From: Octopus bimaculoides
Lineage: Eukaryota
Reading direction: 5' to 3'
Length of the DNA stretch: 64,000 nucleotides
Assembly (NCBI RefSeq): GCF_001194135.2
Contig: NC_068981.1
Coordinates: 192,529,101 to 192,593,100, forward strand
The notes beneath the pieces were generated by a model that saw nothing but the letters and a program-made list of their open reading frames with translations, was not told the origin of the DNA and did not search any database. Positions 11,414 through 26,041 of this stretch are shown here, piece after piece. Each line of letters starts with the position of its first letter. Within the stretch, counting starts at the first letter, position 1. Position numbers and translations under genes: made by a program.

Positions 11414-14400
11414 GGATGAGGATGATGATGATGACGATGACGATGACGATGACGATGGCGATGATGATGATGATAGTGCTGAATTTGCTGCAATTAAACC
11501 TTGTTTTCTAAAAAATCATTCTTCATGCTTTCTTTAGTTTCTTAAATATTCACATTACCATTAAGACATGATTCTTGTTCAGGTAACAATTTTTTATTTC
11601 TTCATAGCAAATTGCAGACATGAATGATGAAGACGATATTGGTAAGAACAGGTTAAATAATTTCCTAATGATGCTGCAAAAAGTCTACAAAGGTGAATTA
11701 ACGAAACACGGGAATTACACAGTCTTTGTGCCATTAGATCGTGGCTTTAGTAACTTGCTTCAGGACACTACTGTAAGTAAGCTTTCAGACATTATTACTT
11801 ATAATCATATTTCTCTCTTCTCTCTCTTTCCTTCTCTCCACTCCCTTGTGTGTGTATGAATGTATATTTTCGCTCTATTTCTATATAAGTCACAGACCAG
11901 AGATTCAATTCCTGCATGGTATTAATAATCCACAATAATGATGAAATATTGGTATCTACCCCTCTCGGATTCAATCCGAGGTGAGTTGTCTCACCTGGGG
12001 CATGGCATTCAGGTGTTTTTTAAAACTCAGCCTCGTGTAGAGAGCTATATCAGATGTTATCCTGCAGCAAATTTGGTGTATAAACAAAACACAAAACTTT
12101 GTTTATTATGGTATTATTAAAATTTGCTTATTATGATTATTTGGAATCTTTCCTGCTTGGCTGCACCTGTGGAAATTTTAATGTTTAGTGACAATTTTAA
12201 AATTTGATGTATTGGTGTAAATTTCCATGCTGAATCTCAGGAGATACTTCACAGTTACAGAGGTTTAAATTCTGATTATTTTTACCTGGTGAGAAAACTG
12301 GATTTGGAAGTTGTCATTTTATGCATGACAGCAAGTGTTGTGAACTGTAAACAAATGAAATATTGGCAGAATTCTGCTTTATGCATGTCTCATATAATCC
12401 CTCATATTGGTTTTTTTTTCTGAATTTTCAGAAAATTTTTGTGAATTTGTATTCTACACATGGGAATTCATATAATTATGCAAAAGCAAAAAAAAAAAAA
12501 AGTTTACATGTGTGATTTAAGGCCGATTTAGCTGTTATATCTCATACCACATGTGTTTTAGGTATCTCTTGCTGCATGTGTTTTAAGCATTTAATAAGTG
12601 ACAAAAAGAACACATGGTAAATAGCTTGGTAACAGCTTGGTTTGTTACCAAAGAAATAGGCACCTATATGTCTGTGACTAAAATTACTCAAAATTTGCAA
12701 ACTTTAAAAAGCTGTTAACTCTTTATTTATTGATTTATAGTGAAAAGGAATATCATGTCAATGATAACTTTACAAAACTACACCAATATACCAAATATAA
12801 AATCAAATGGAACAAAAATTGAAGAAACTGAAAAGTGCCAACCAAACAGAAAAGATCTGTTATTTGTTTATCACAGCATTATTCTCATTAAATTCCAATC
12901 TAACATGTGTTTCTGCTGGAATTTAATGAGAGTAATACTATAAAAACAAATTTTGAAGATGTATAATTCTCCATTCTTGTTTGTGATGTCTTGATTTTAT
13001 ACAGTGTATGCTGTGTGAAATCCAGTGAAGTGAACTTGGGAGTTACTTATTGAGTGAAGTACCATTTAATTGTTTATCATTAGCAATTCTGTACATTCCC
13101 TGTCATTCGATGTGGTTTGCGAGATCTAGATTATATCAGAATGCTAATAAGGTATCTACTGAGATTCCAAATCAGTTTTCACTTCAAATTTTATGTAAAC
13201 TGGCCTTGCAAACAGAGTTGGTACAGAAACAATTGTAAATGATCATTAAAGATGTGTTAAAGTATTTCTTTGTCTTATTATTTGGATTACACACACACAC
13301 CCACACACACCCACACCCACACACCCACACACGTGTAATATATATATATATATATATGAGAATAAGTTAGTAACTGTTTCATAAAGTGGTCAATGAGATG
13401 GAAAGTTTGCTGACTCATATTTGACTCATATTTGAAAAAAAAAAATGATTATTAAATATTAAGATATTCACTTTAGGATGATTTAATTTCAGAGTAAAAA
13501 TTATTTGCCTACATAACATGGCAGTCCTGGTTTAGGACGAATGTTGCTGTAATTTAGCCCCAGGAGACATCGTCTCCAGCTGGCTATACGACACAATCTG
13601 TGTCCTTATATTTTCAAACAAGGGAATCTAGCACCCCCACTCACCTCAAAACAATATCTGTATATCGCGATTTCCAGGTTATTTCCCTTCGTCAGCACAG
13701 AATAATTGTTTTGAGCTGAGTGGGGGTGCCAGATTCCCTTGTTCGAAAATATAAGGACACAGATCGTGTCGTATAGCCAGCTGGAGACGATGTCTCCTGG
13801 GGCTAAATTACGGCAACATTCATCCTAAACCAGGACTGCCATGTTATGTAGGCAAATAATCTTTACTCCAAAGTACTGTCGCTGAATATCTCTGGTTGTG
13901 AGATTTAAAGATAGTAATTTTCTGATTTAATTTCAGTTTAGCCAGTTTCTGGAAAATTCAGACCATGTAAGACAAATTCTACGCCAGCACATTTTTCCCG
14001 TAAGAGTGTATATAGATGATCTCACAGACAACATGTTCTACACATTACAAGGAAACTTTGCCCGCTTCTTTTACAAGGTAAAACAAAAATCTAGTTTTCA
14101 ATCTCTGATCAGAATATTGAAAGTAACACATCTTGAAATGTATAGTATTTGAAAACAAAGGCTATAAATCCAGATATGCTTAGTATATGGAAGTTGTGAG
14201 GCTCATGCATTTTTGAAGAGGAGTAAATTGTCATTCTATACAAATGTAATGAGTGTTTCATTGGCATAAAATTACCTTTCTCCTGCAAAAGTTCTGTGCT
14301 ATTTTGGTGATTCTGGAGCAAGGTTTTCTTCTTAACCCTTTTGATACTAATCCAGCTGAAATCGCCTCTGGCTCTGTAGTACAAATGTCTTGTTTTCATT

Positions 14401-14638
14401 AAGTTTTGAATGGAAATCTTCCACCAAACCTTAGTCACAATTTATGTTCCTAACACTAGCTGAATGATAACTCAGTTATTTTACTAAATTTTTTCTTATA
14501 TTCAAAAGTAATTGAAAGAAACACAGAACATCTCAACAGAAATATGGTAACAAAAGAATTAAAGCTTATATAATAGTATATGTATATGCATATATGTATG
14601 GATGTGAGGGTTTGTATTTGTGTTTTTTTGTCCTGATG

Positions 14639-14690
<52 letters not shown>

Positions 14691-17600
14691 TTAACTTCCG
14701 CTTTCCATGCTGACATGGGTTGGACAGTTTGACTGAGGACTAACAAGCCAGAAGGCTGCACCTGTCCTGTCATACAAGCAGTGTCATTCATTTCCAATAT
14801 TCTGCAAGAACATGTCTGGCCAGGGGATAATATTACTCTGCTTGGAAACAAGTGAGGGTTGGTAACAGGAAGAGCATCTGGCAGTTGAAAATCTGTCTCA
14901 ATAAAATCCATCCAATCCATGCAAGCATGGAAAAGAGGATGTTAAAACAATGAGGATGACAACGACAATGGCAATGATGATGATGATGATGAGGATGATG
15001 ATGATGATGATAATAGGATCATCTGATGCTGTTGGGAAGGAGAGAGGAAGCTATTTTCGGGCTGAAGATGTACTGCAAATGCTTGCTACAGAGTAGACCC
15101 TGTTAAATATACTAAAGGTAGTGATGGTATTAAACTGGGTGACAAATTCAGTTGACCACCCCAAAACAGAATTGGTCACTCATAAGATTTGGGTCACTCT
15201 GAGATTGCAGTAGAAGATTTTTGCCCAAAATAGTATGCCATATGATAGAACTCAAACCATGAGATTTGGAAACGAACTTCATGCCTACACCTAAGTTATA
15301 AACTCCAGAATATAAATGCATGTTGGTCTGTTATTATTTGTATTTCTTTCATAAATATACATAATTGTTGCTTCAGACACGAGGAAGAATTTTATTTCAT
15401 CCAAGAATATTTAGAACAAGAGCTCCAAAGTTTTCCATGATTTTAGTAAGAAATATGCCCAGAAACATATAGAAGTATTTGAAAATATATGTTTCAAACA
15501 TTATGATAATAAAAGCTGCATTTATATATCATGTGCTGAAATGAATATTTAAATCTAAGAGAATATTAAAGCTGTGTATCTTTTTGATGAATCTATTGAT
15601 TTTAGAATCTCTGCTTCTCATTCTAGGGTAAAAAACTAATTCTAAAATTCCAAGGTTCAAGCAGGCGAAGTCGTGTGCTTAGTATTTATCGTGATATTAG
15701 AGCCTCAAATGGACTGATCCATATCGTCAACAACCTTATGATGAATGAGCCAGAAATACCAGGAAATCTCTATGTAAGTTGAATTTATATTTATTTTAAA
15801 TGTATGATTACCTTTGATGTAACTTCAATAATTACTCTGTGCTGGTGCCACATAAAAAGCATCCATGCTGGTGCCACACAAATAGCACCTGTGCTGGTGC
15901 CACATCAGAAGCACCTAGTACACTCTGTAAAGGGGTTGGCATTAGGAAAGGCATCCAGCCATAGAATCCGTGCCAAAACAGACAATCGGATCTTGGTACA
16001 CCTCTCCAACCTGCCAGCTCCTGTCGAATTGTCCTACCCATGCCAGCATGGAAAACGGAGGCTATTGGATGATAATGATGAATCAGTAATACTGGCAAGG
16101 AAAAAAAACATATGAGCCAGTGTGGGAGTATCTATGAAATAGTTGCCAAGTCTCCCTCAAATCACACAATTTGATGTAGGAATGGAATTCCCTGTGTGAT
16201 GTGTCAGCCATGGCTTATTATGTTATTAAAATGAAGTTGATTACGATGGACCAAAAGAGAAGAAATTTGAAAATATAGCACAGAAAAACAACAGTTGTGT
16301 CAAAATATTCATAGTCACAAAAATGTGGTAAAGTTCATATTAACAGAAAAGCTCACAAGAAAAGAAATACAGAATTAACAGCATCCATTGAAATTCCAGG
16401 ATTATTTTGAAAATTTTAAGATGGAACTGTACATTTTTCTACAGCATTTGATTCATGAAATGGTGTAAAAATCCTCTTAGGTAGCATTTTTTTCAATTGC
16501 ATCGACTTGCTATAAAAGCAGATAGTAAATTTACCTTATCCTTATTCTTAAAGAAAGTTCTGGAGAGTGCAGTTCAATTTTAATAGTTATTTTTTCAAAG
16601 CTATAATGGAAGTAATAATGGTGTATATTTGGCATATTTTGCTTTATGAGTTCAATAAAGGCAACAACACAATGGAAAGTGCAAGGAATATTAATGCAGT
16701 ATATGAGGAACGGACAATAAATGTAAGCCAGTCTCAACAGTGGTTCCAGAAATTCTGAGCCAGAAACTATAGCCTCAAAGACAAGCCTCATCGTAGAAGA
16801 TCTGTAGAGCTCAATGAGGACGTCCTGCGAACCCTGGTGGAACAAAATCCCATCGTAACTGTTGAGGAATTAACAGAGAAGCTTGGATTTGGTCATTCAA
16901 CCATTCATTGACACCTGTGTGCCATGGGAAAAGTCAGCAAATTGGGTCAGTGGGTTCCTCACAAACTTTCTGAGTCTAATCACAGGCAGAGAGTGAATGT
17001 GCTCTTCTTTGCTGTAACATCTCATGAATGAACCCTATTTGGACGGAATAGTGAATGATTATGAGAAATGAGTTCTCTATAAAAATGTCAAGCGCTGAAG
17101 ACAGTGGGTAGGTGTTGTTATCTGTTTGGTGGGATAGGAAAGGTGTAGTCCACTTTGAAGGTAAGGTACAAGAAGCCAGGTCTGGTTGGTTTGAATATAA
17201 AACAGGTGGAATATTTTGACCAGATATGACCAGTTTAAAAGGCTAAAAAGTTAATCACACTATCTACTTACAGCTGTTCTTATTTTCCAGTCTTGGAGGA
17301 CTGTCTATTTCACAGAACACTGTCCATTTAAAAATCTTCAAACTTTACATGAATGCCAGGACTTTTGATGATGATTGCTTTTATCTAACCAACATATGTT
17401 TTCTGAATAAAACAATCAATTTTTATATTGTAGCAAGATTTCGTGACTTTCATCATGGGGCATTCTGACTTCCAAGAATTTGGATCCTGGATTACGGTAA
17501 GTTCAATCTATTCTAAGGGAAAAGGTTTGGCTCATCTTAAATGGGGATGAAAGGTTTTTTTCCAGGTTACACAGGGGAAAATATCTTGTACATGTTCACT

Positions 17601-20600
17601 TAGCATGCTAGAAATAGTTATCAAATATCTCTTAAATAATACACAATCACTTTAAAAAAGGAAGGACACATTAGATAATATTACTATGCATACATTTTAT
17701 CTGGAAAGCAAAACATGGGGTGGTTAAAGTTGGAATAAACCACAACAAATACTTTGTGAATATCGTTTTATTGTTGCTGAGATGCTGCTTCTGATGGTTT
17801 GTAATTCCTACTCCAAATGTCTGCAAGTCTCTTAATTACATTTTCTTCTGAGTCAACATTTAATAATTCCAACTAAATATTAAAATATTTCCTAGAAGAA
17901 TTAGAATCTTCATGAATGATTAAAATCATTTTATCTGTTATCTTTTATTTCTTTCAGTCATTAGACTGTGGCCATGCTGGGGCATCACCTTGATGAATTT
18001 TAGTCGAATGAACCGACATCAGTATTTATGTCTTTTAAAGTCTGGTACTCATTCTATCGGTTGTTTTGCCAAACTGCTATGTCAGGGCAAAGTAAACACA
18101 CTAACACTGGTTGTCAAATGTTGGTGGGGGACAATACAGACATAAAGACACATAAACACACACACACACACACACATGCACAAAGGGCTTCTTTCAGTTT
18201 CCACTTAGTAAATCACTAGACTTTGGTCAGTCCAAGACTATTGTGGAAGACACTTGCCCAAGGTGCCATGCGGTGGGACTGAATTTAATTTAATTTTGCT
18301 TTGAATTTCAATGGTGTGGGAGTGAGAAAGAGATTGAAAGAGAAAGATTTCAGCCATACTACATATGATGACTAATTTGGATGTGGTCACTATTGCAGTT
18401 ACCGATTTTTGCTTCCTTTCCCCCTCTTTCTGTCTCTCCTTCATTCTATGTACCCCCATCTCTTCCATACACACTCACTTCTCCGCCTGTCTTTGTATTG
18501 TTCTTAGCAGCATAATGGTTACAAATCAAATTATGAAGACTTTTTAAGTATGATGCAATCATGATAGTAATAATTTCTTTCGGTTGCTTCATTTTAAATA
18601 TAAGTTATTTTATTGAATAAAATGCAAACTAACAAATGCTAGAAATATACTTCTGAAAGAATCTGTAGGTAATTAAAAGATGATTAGTGAGATTAAACAA
18701 TTATGAATTATGTATAAATTTTATACTTCTTAAATAACAACCAAAAAATGTTTATTTGCCAACATAAGGTGGCTGTCTATCTAGAATTATGTTACTACCT
18801 TTTAACCCCATCTTGTTAGTGGATTAAAGCAACTGGTGGTTTGTAATAGGACAGAAATATGACAGAACTTAATTTACAAGGCAAAGTTTACATAAATGTG
18901 TTTGTGAGATTGTACATAGATATTTTCATGTTTTACAATCAATTGAATAATGTATTACAGAAAGTGTCAAATTCTCTTAGAAGGGTTTGGATTGGCCAGA
19001 GGACTTAGTAAAAGACACTTGCTCAAGGTATCACATCATGAAACTGAACCACAAATCATATGATTGGAAAGCAAACTTCATAACCACACAGCCATACCTG
19101 CACCTATTCTTAGTCACACACTCAGGTCTACACCTACCACATCTAAAAGTATTCCTTTCTAATAAAGGCGTAAGAACTAAAATTTTGGGTTGATTACACT
19201 CATACCAAAAGAAAAGGATAGGAAGCAAAATAGGCCGTTTGAACTCAAAATGTATTTCATTTAAGAATGTCTTTCAGTTGCCTCAAAGAACACTAAGCTG
19301 AGCTAGAAAAATAATTTACTTTTGTTAGGGGGATAATGATAATAATAATAATAATAATGGAACACTCCTTCCCACATGAGAAGTGGTATGTGCTAGTTGT
19401 TACAAATACTGTGACGTAGGAAGTCGAGTCGTCAAGAAGTTGGAGAAGTTGGTCATAAATAGTCATGTCTTTATTTGTCTACTGTACTGCTATAGTGGAG
19501 TGGATTACAACGTTGGATTACAACAAGTTTTTTAAAGCGAGTTAATGTAGCACAAAAGTAGAATAATGAATGAAATGAAGAATAAGGAAGTCTTCTAACA
19601 AACTTTCTGCATTGTTGGAAGCTTTTCTTATTTCTCATTTCATTTATTATTCTGCTTCAATATGTTTTTAATATTTTCTGCTTTATTCATTACAGCGCAC
19701 TGGATTGGAGAAACAGTTTCGACGAGAAAATATCACAGTTTTTCTTCCCAGTAAAACCTCTTTGGATAAAATACCAAAAAATGTGATGGATTATTTGAAG
19801 TCTAAAAATGTAAATACATTTTATCATATTTTTATGTATCATTTATCCTCATCTCTTAAATATAGAACTGTAAATGAGTAATTGTTTCTAACATTGTTTT
19901 ACTTATCAATTAATGCAGTTCATTTGTTTGCTAACACACAATATTTTCTCTGTTGCAGGGAATTGGAGCATGGATTGGTCTTGTGAAAAACCATCTACTT
20001 CAAACAAAAGTACAACAGAATGCCATATTTGTTATTTTAATTTTTTTTATATCTGTTACTTTTTACTGGTTATTATTTCACAATTATAAATAATTAGATG
20101 AAGGGCTCCAAGACTGTGTTGAGGGCATGGGATTTATCTCCAGACTGGCAATTGGGTCTAAATGCTTGCAATACCATGGCTCCACTTAAGGTATCCAAAG
20201 GGCAGGCGAGGGTATAAAAGTGAGAAATAGATTAAGTCTGTCACTCAATAACAGGAAGGGTTTGGCCTCTCCAACTAGTTTTCTGCAACACAGTTTTCAT
20301 AAAGCAAATTTCACTCATAACACTTTGGTCAACAAAAAACTATGGTAGAAAGCAATTTTCCAAAATTTCCATACAGTTGGATTGAGCCCCAAATCATACT
20401 GCTGTAGAGTGAGCTTATTAACCTCACAGACATATATACATGCCGAAATACATTGGAGGTATGCAAACTTATTTGAAATTCTTTGTAGGTATAGTACAAA
20501 TACTGTATATATGTGGAAAGAAACCAGAAAGCACTTTTGAAGTCAAATATTTGTTTATGAGTTCAATAGAAATGGTTTCCTTCATTTAATGTTTGCCAAT

Positions 20601-22237
20601 AGTTTCCTGACATTCTTTAAGTCTTCTGTTAAAGGTTCCAGTCAATGGATAACAGTCAAGTACGAGGAGAAACAGAATTTATTGGTAAACAACATTAGTT
20701 GGAGCACTTTAAGAATGGTGAAGTTATCTCTCAGTGTCACACTTTGTACCTTTCTAAAGTCAATGAAATAAAAGTATTATTAAAATAGGGGAGGAGGCAA
20801 TTTGAACAGGAATCGTCTCTTTTCATACAAAGGCATATGTTCATTTGTGTGTAAAAGTGTATATAATCAAAATAAATTATATCAACATAGTGATTAATTA
20901 ATTCTTTCATGAATCCTAGTAGAGTATAATGTCTGTGATAAATCTCATTTTCTGTAGTGTTTAATATAAGGACAACTCTTCCAGTGGCTGGTTGTATGCT
21001 AATTATCACAGTTCAGTTTATCCAAGAAAGCCTAATTCTTGTTTTCAGTTAAAGTATTATCATCAATATCATAATCATTTACTTTAGTCTCTAAATAAAT
21101 AATTCCAGCATGACAAGTCTTTGCACAATTCAGCAAATTTACTATTTGCTGTTTAGACATAAAAACAGCAGTTCTTATCAGGTTATGAACAACAGAACCA
21201 GTGTCTGTAGCTGATGAAGCATAACAATGCAGAAATATGTGTCTTACAATCTAAAGACATTACTTATGGCTGCATGGTGTGTTTTTCCCACACCATTGTC
21301 TATAAGAAGAATTTCTCTTCTGAGATAGTATCTGCAGCCAAGGTCTTTCCATCTTTGAGTGTACATGAATGTGCTTACTGTAATTTTCATGTGATCACAT
21401 GATCAAACAGACTATTTGATATTGTCATACGCTGCTGGTCACAATGTGCTTTGTGCCACTTTTTTAGCTTTCAAATGATGCCACCCTCCTGGTGAGGTGA
21501 GGAGGCCAATATTGCCATGATCAGAAGGCCAAGCCATCGTAGGGTGTACCCATTTACAGTTGAGTGGACTGGAAAAATATGAAATGAAGTGTTTTGCTCA
21601 AGAACACAACATGCCCCTTGCTCAGGGAATCAGATCCATGATCTAGTAATTATGAATACATCACCTTAACCACTAGACCATGTGCCTTTATGACTATAGC
21701 TGTACACACCTTTATTTCAATCATCATAGTTCAGTATGCTTCTGGCTACTAGAATTCACATTTCTTATTTCAAATTTAAAAAGAAAATAATTGTATTCTA
21801 AAAAAATTGGCACGTTGATTATGATGAAGTAAAACAAATATCATTCTTGTTTGGAAGTCAATCCTTTTGTGTGTAAGAATTATTTAGAACTTCAATGATT
21901 TTACATTTATTTCTACCAGAGAACCATTACTGATCTGATTGATTCCAAGAAAATGTATTCATTGGGGAGAACTACATTCCGCATTAAAATATCAAGTAAT
22001 GTAAGTGAATCTTCTTTACCCAGTTTCAATAATAAGAGCTTTCTTTTATCTGGTTATTTAGTTCATGTTTATGCTGTCTTTATGAAGCTTTTCAGAGGAG
22101 ATTGTTTTCCAAGAGGCATTAAGTCTGTGCATTACTGTCTTTCTCATTATAATCACAACTTTCTTCATCTCCATCCCCATCAATTCTCATCCTCCTTGTC
22201 ATCATTGTTGTCACCATTGTTGTCACCATTGTCATTG

Positions 22238-22273
<36 letters not shown>

Positions 22274-25200
22274 CGAATATGTATATATAAAGCAATAGTA
22301 TGTTCCTACCTACCTACAACTTGTGTCATGCTGAGGGACATAACTTAAACAATAAAACAGTTGGTGGTTATAGAAGTAGTGATAGTGGTGAAAGCATTGG
22401 TGTTGATCATAGTGGATAGAGAAAGATATGGAGAAAGAGTGAGAGAGAGAGAAGGAAGAGATTAGCATTTACAGAAGAGAGATAGAGGGAAAACATGAAA
22501 GAAAATGACTGAAAAACAGAGAGAAAAGAAGAAATAATTTAAAAATAAAAGATGACAATGGTAAATGGAGGTTGTGGAGTGGCTGAGCACTCCACAGACA
22601 TGTGTACCCTTAACCTCTCATGGAGATTCAATGTGAAACAGAATGTGACAAGGCTGGCCCCTTTGAATTACAGATATTTACTCATTTTTGCCAGCTGAGT
22701 GGATTGGTGCAACATGAAATAAAGTGTCTTGCTCAAGGACAAAATGTGTTGCTAGGAATTGGACGCATGACCATTAGGTCATGTGTCCAATTCCTAGCAA
22801 CACTTCAGCCACTTAGCCATGAGTCTTCACACACCTGCGGTCATCATAGTTATAAAGTGGCCATGGTGATATTACAGTTCTCAGAGCATGTGTGTGTGTG
22901 TGTGTGTGCGTTTATGTGTGCCTGCGTGCACCATTAGCATTTTCCTCTTTGTTCTTCTTCTTTCCTACCTTTTACTACTACCACTTCAATTAACACTTGT
23001 CACAATTTCTTCTTCCATCTCTCCCTCTCCTCCCTCCGTCTCTCTCTCTCTTTCTCTCTCTTTCTTTCTATCTATGTAGCCTACCATTCACTATCATCTC
23101 CACCATCACGTCACATCAGACAACTAGAGCTCTCAGCTTTCATTAGCAGATTCAGTGGCATATCCACAGGTTTCACTGCATAATTTCTTTAAGCCTGGTG
23201 GCATTGCATGCAGTCAGGAGAGATTTTTAACTAATTTTCTATATGAAAGCTATGACTTCCAAAGTCATTTCAGGGTTGTCCCACTTCGTATATGGTGCTG
23301 ACAATAGCTAATTAGCTTGAAATGCATTCCTAGGTTCAAAGAAGGTATTAAAAACAGGGTTGTCTCTCTTGGTATCTGGTGCTGATGATTGCTAATTAGT
23401 TTGATGTGCATTTATCAATATTTCAGTCCATTATCAAGGATATAGTTAATTCACTACAATGCAGCTTCTCTGAAATGCCACTGGTAGCATTCTTGAGAAG
23501 AGTACAACTTTATTAAAACTTTAAAAATAGAAAACAAATAACTAAATAATATTCCAAATTAACTATTTTTTTGTGTGTATTTAAATTTCATAATGAATTT
23601 CAGTGCTTACAAAATATTTTGTGTCTTTGAGTAGGGTCAAATTCATTTTGGTCCAAATGCAAACATGACTCAATCAGGTGTTCCAGTGAAGAATGGAATT
23701 GTTCATTTAATCGAAGGTTTACTCTTTCCTGATGATTTGGAAACTCTGGTGCCCCATAACTGTGATAATGTAACCTTCAAAGCTGTTCATGTAAGTATTA
23801 AAAGTTTTGGAATAATATTGTTATATTATTTTATAAAAAAAAACATTGCAGAGGCTTAGAGGGAAAATACAGAAAACATTCTCAACAATTTAAAGTATTA
23901 GACACAAACTTAAAGAGACTTCATAATAAAAAGATGTGTCAAGTGTTAGTGTTTGTATTTGTACCTAAACAAGTGCTACATTGAACCAAACTGGGGTAAT
24001 TTCGTTTTATCATATTGTTGTAAAACAATATGATAATATAACTGTTGTAAATGGTATCTTGTAAAACTGGAAAAGAACAATGCATAGCTTTTCTCATGTT
24101 TCTATATATTTACAGTTGAACACATCAAAACCTATCAGTGTAAGGTTTAGTTATAATGTCTCTCATCAGAATATACATCTGGTGGTACCAGGACCGATTT
24201 GCTTTCATTGCTTTGATGATTTCTTGGACTCAAAGTTAAAGGGTACAATCTTACAATCACTTGTATTTTCGATACAATTCTTAAATGTTCCTAGTCTAAA
24301 TTCATTCCATGACATTCTCGAAACTTTGAATGTAATGCCCTTTGTTTCAGGAATCAGTGATCTAAATATGCAATGAAATTACTTGAACTCAAACTTAGCT
24401 AATTCACACATTGGGATGGTCATGGATGGAATGTCTTTAATCATAGGTCTTCTCAAACAAGGTGGTATTGAGATTAACTAACAACCTAATAATGAGTAGT
24501 TTCAGTAATACAATGTATTATGTCAGAATCTATTCAGTTTTACAATGGTAAAAGTTGGTAAGTATCTCAAAGAGAATGATGGTAGTGGGGGGGGGGGACA
24601 AACACAGATACACAAATACATACATGCATACATACATATACATAGACGGGCTTCTTTCAGTTTCCGTCTATGAAATCCACTCACAAAGCTTTGGTCAGCC
24701 AAAGCTATAGTAGAAGACACTTGCCTAAGGTACTACGCAGTGGGACTGAACCCAGAATCATGTGATTGGGAAACAAGCTTCTTACCATGAATGACATTGA
24801 TGGGTAGGTATGAGAGGCTGGATCTGGTTAGTTTTAATGTAAAACAAGGAGAAGATTTGGGTCAGATATGGCTGGATTAAATGCTAAAGGATTAAAGGTA
24901 TTAATTGAAATAAAATTTGAAACTTAATGTTTTTATTTCCTCCAGTAATCCCAAAGCAAATGTTATATTGCAGGGAGAATGTGGTCTGTGCGAGAGTGAC
25001 CTCCATTGTTTGCAGCCTTCTGATATACCAACAGTAAGTAGTGCTTCTGTTTTGATCATGGTTAGCATTGTGTAAATATCTCAACTGAATCAAGAAGTTT
25101 GAAGTAAAATGTTTACTGCAATCATTCATACATTATTTACATTATTTACAATTAACGGATATTTGTCCTCATCTTGTTTGCTGTTAACACAACGTCTTGG

Positions 25201-25278
25201 CTGATATACCCTCCAGCCTTCATAAGATGTCTTGGGAAAATTTCGAACCTGGGTTCTCATTCCTAAGCTATTTTTCGA

Positions 25279-25336
<58 letters not shown>

Positions 25337-25980
25337 NNNNNNNNNNNNNNNNNNNNNNNNNNNNNNNNNNNNNNNNNNNNNNNNNNNNNNNNNNNNNNNN
25401 NNNNNNNNNNNNNNNNNNNNNNNNNNNNNNNNNNNNNNNNNNNNNNNNNNNNNNNNNNNNNNNNNNNNNNNNNNNNNNNNNNNNNNNNNNNNNNNNNNNN
25501 NNNNNNNNNNNNNNNNNNNNNNNNNNNNNNNNNNNNNNNNNNNNNNNNNNNNNNNNNNNNNNNNNNNNNNNNNNNNNNNNNNNNNNNNNNNNNNNNNNNN
25601 NNNNNNNNNNNNNNNNNNNNNNNNNNNNNNNNNNNNNNNNNNNNNNNNNNNNNNNNNNNNNNNNNNNNNNNNNNNNNNNNNNNNNNNNNNNNNNNNNNNN
25701 NNNNNNNNNNNNNNNNNNNNNNNNNNNNNNNNNNNNNNNNNNNNNNNNNNNNNNNNNNNNNNNNNNNNNNNNNNNNNNNNNNNNNNNNNNNNNNNNNNNN
25801 NNNNNNNNNNNNNNNNNNNNNNNNNNNNNNNNNNNNNNNNNNNNNNNNNNNNNNNNNNNNNNNNNNNNNNNNNNNNNNNNNNNNNNNNNNNNNNNNNNNN
25901 NNNNNNNNNNNNNNNNNNNNNNNNNNNNNNNNNNNNNNNNNNNNNNNNNNNNNNNNNNNNNNNNNNNNNNNNNNNNNNNN

Positions 25981-26041
<61 letters not shown>

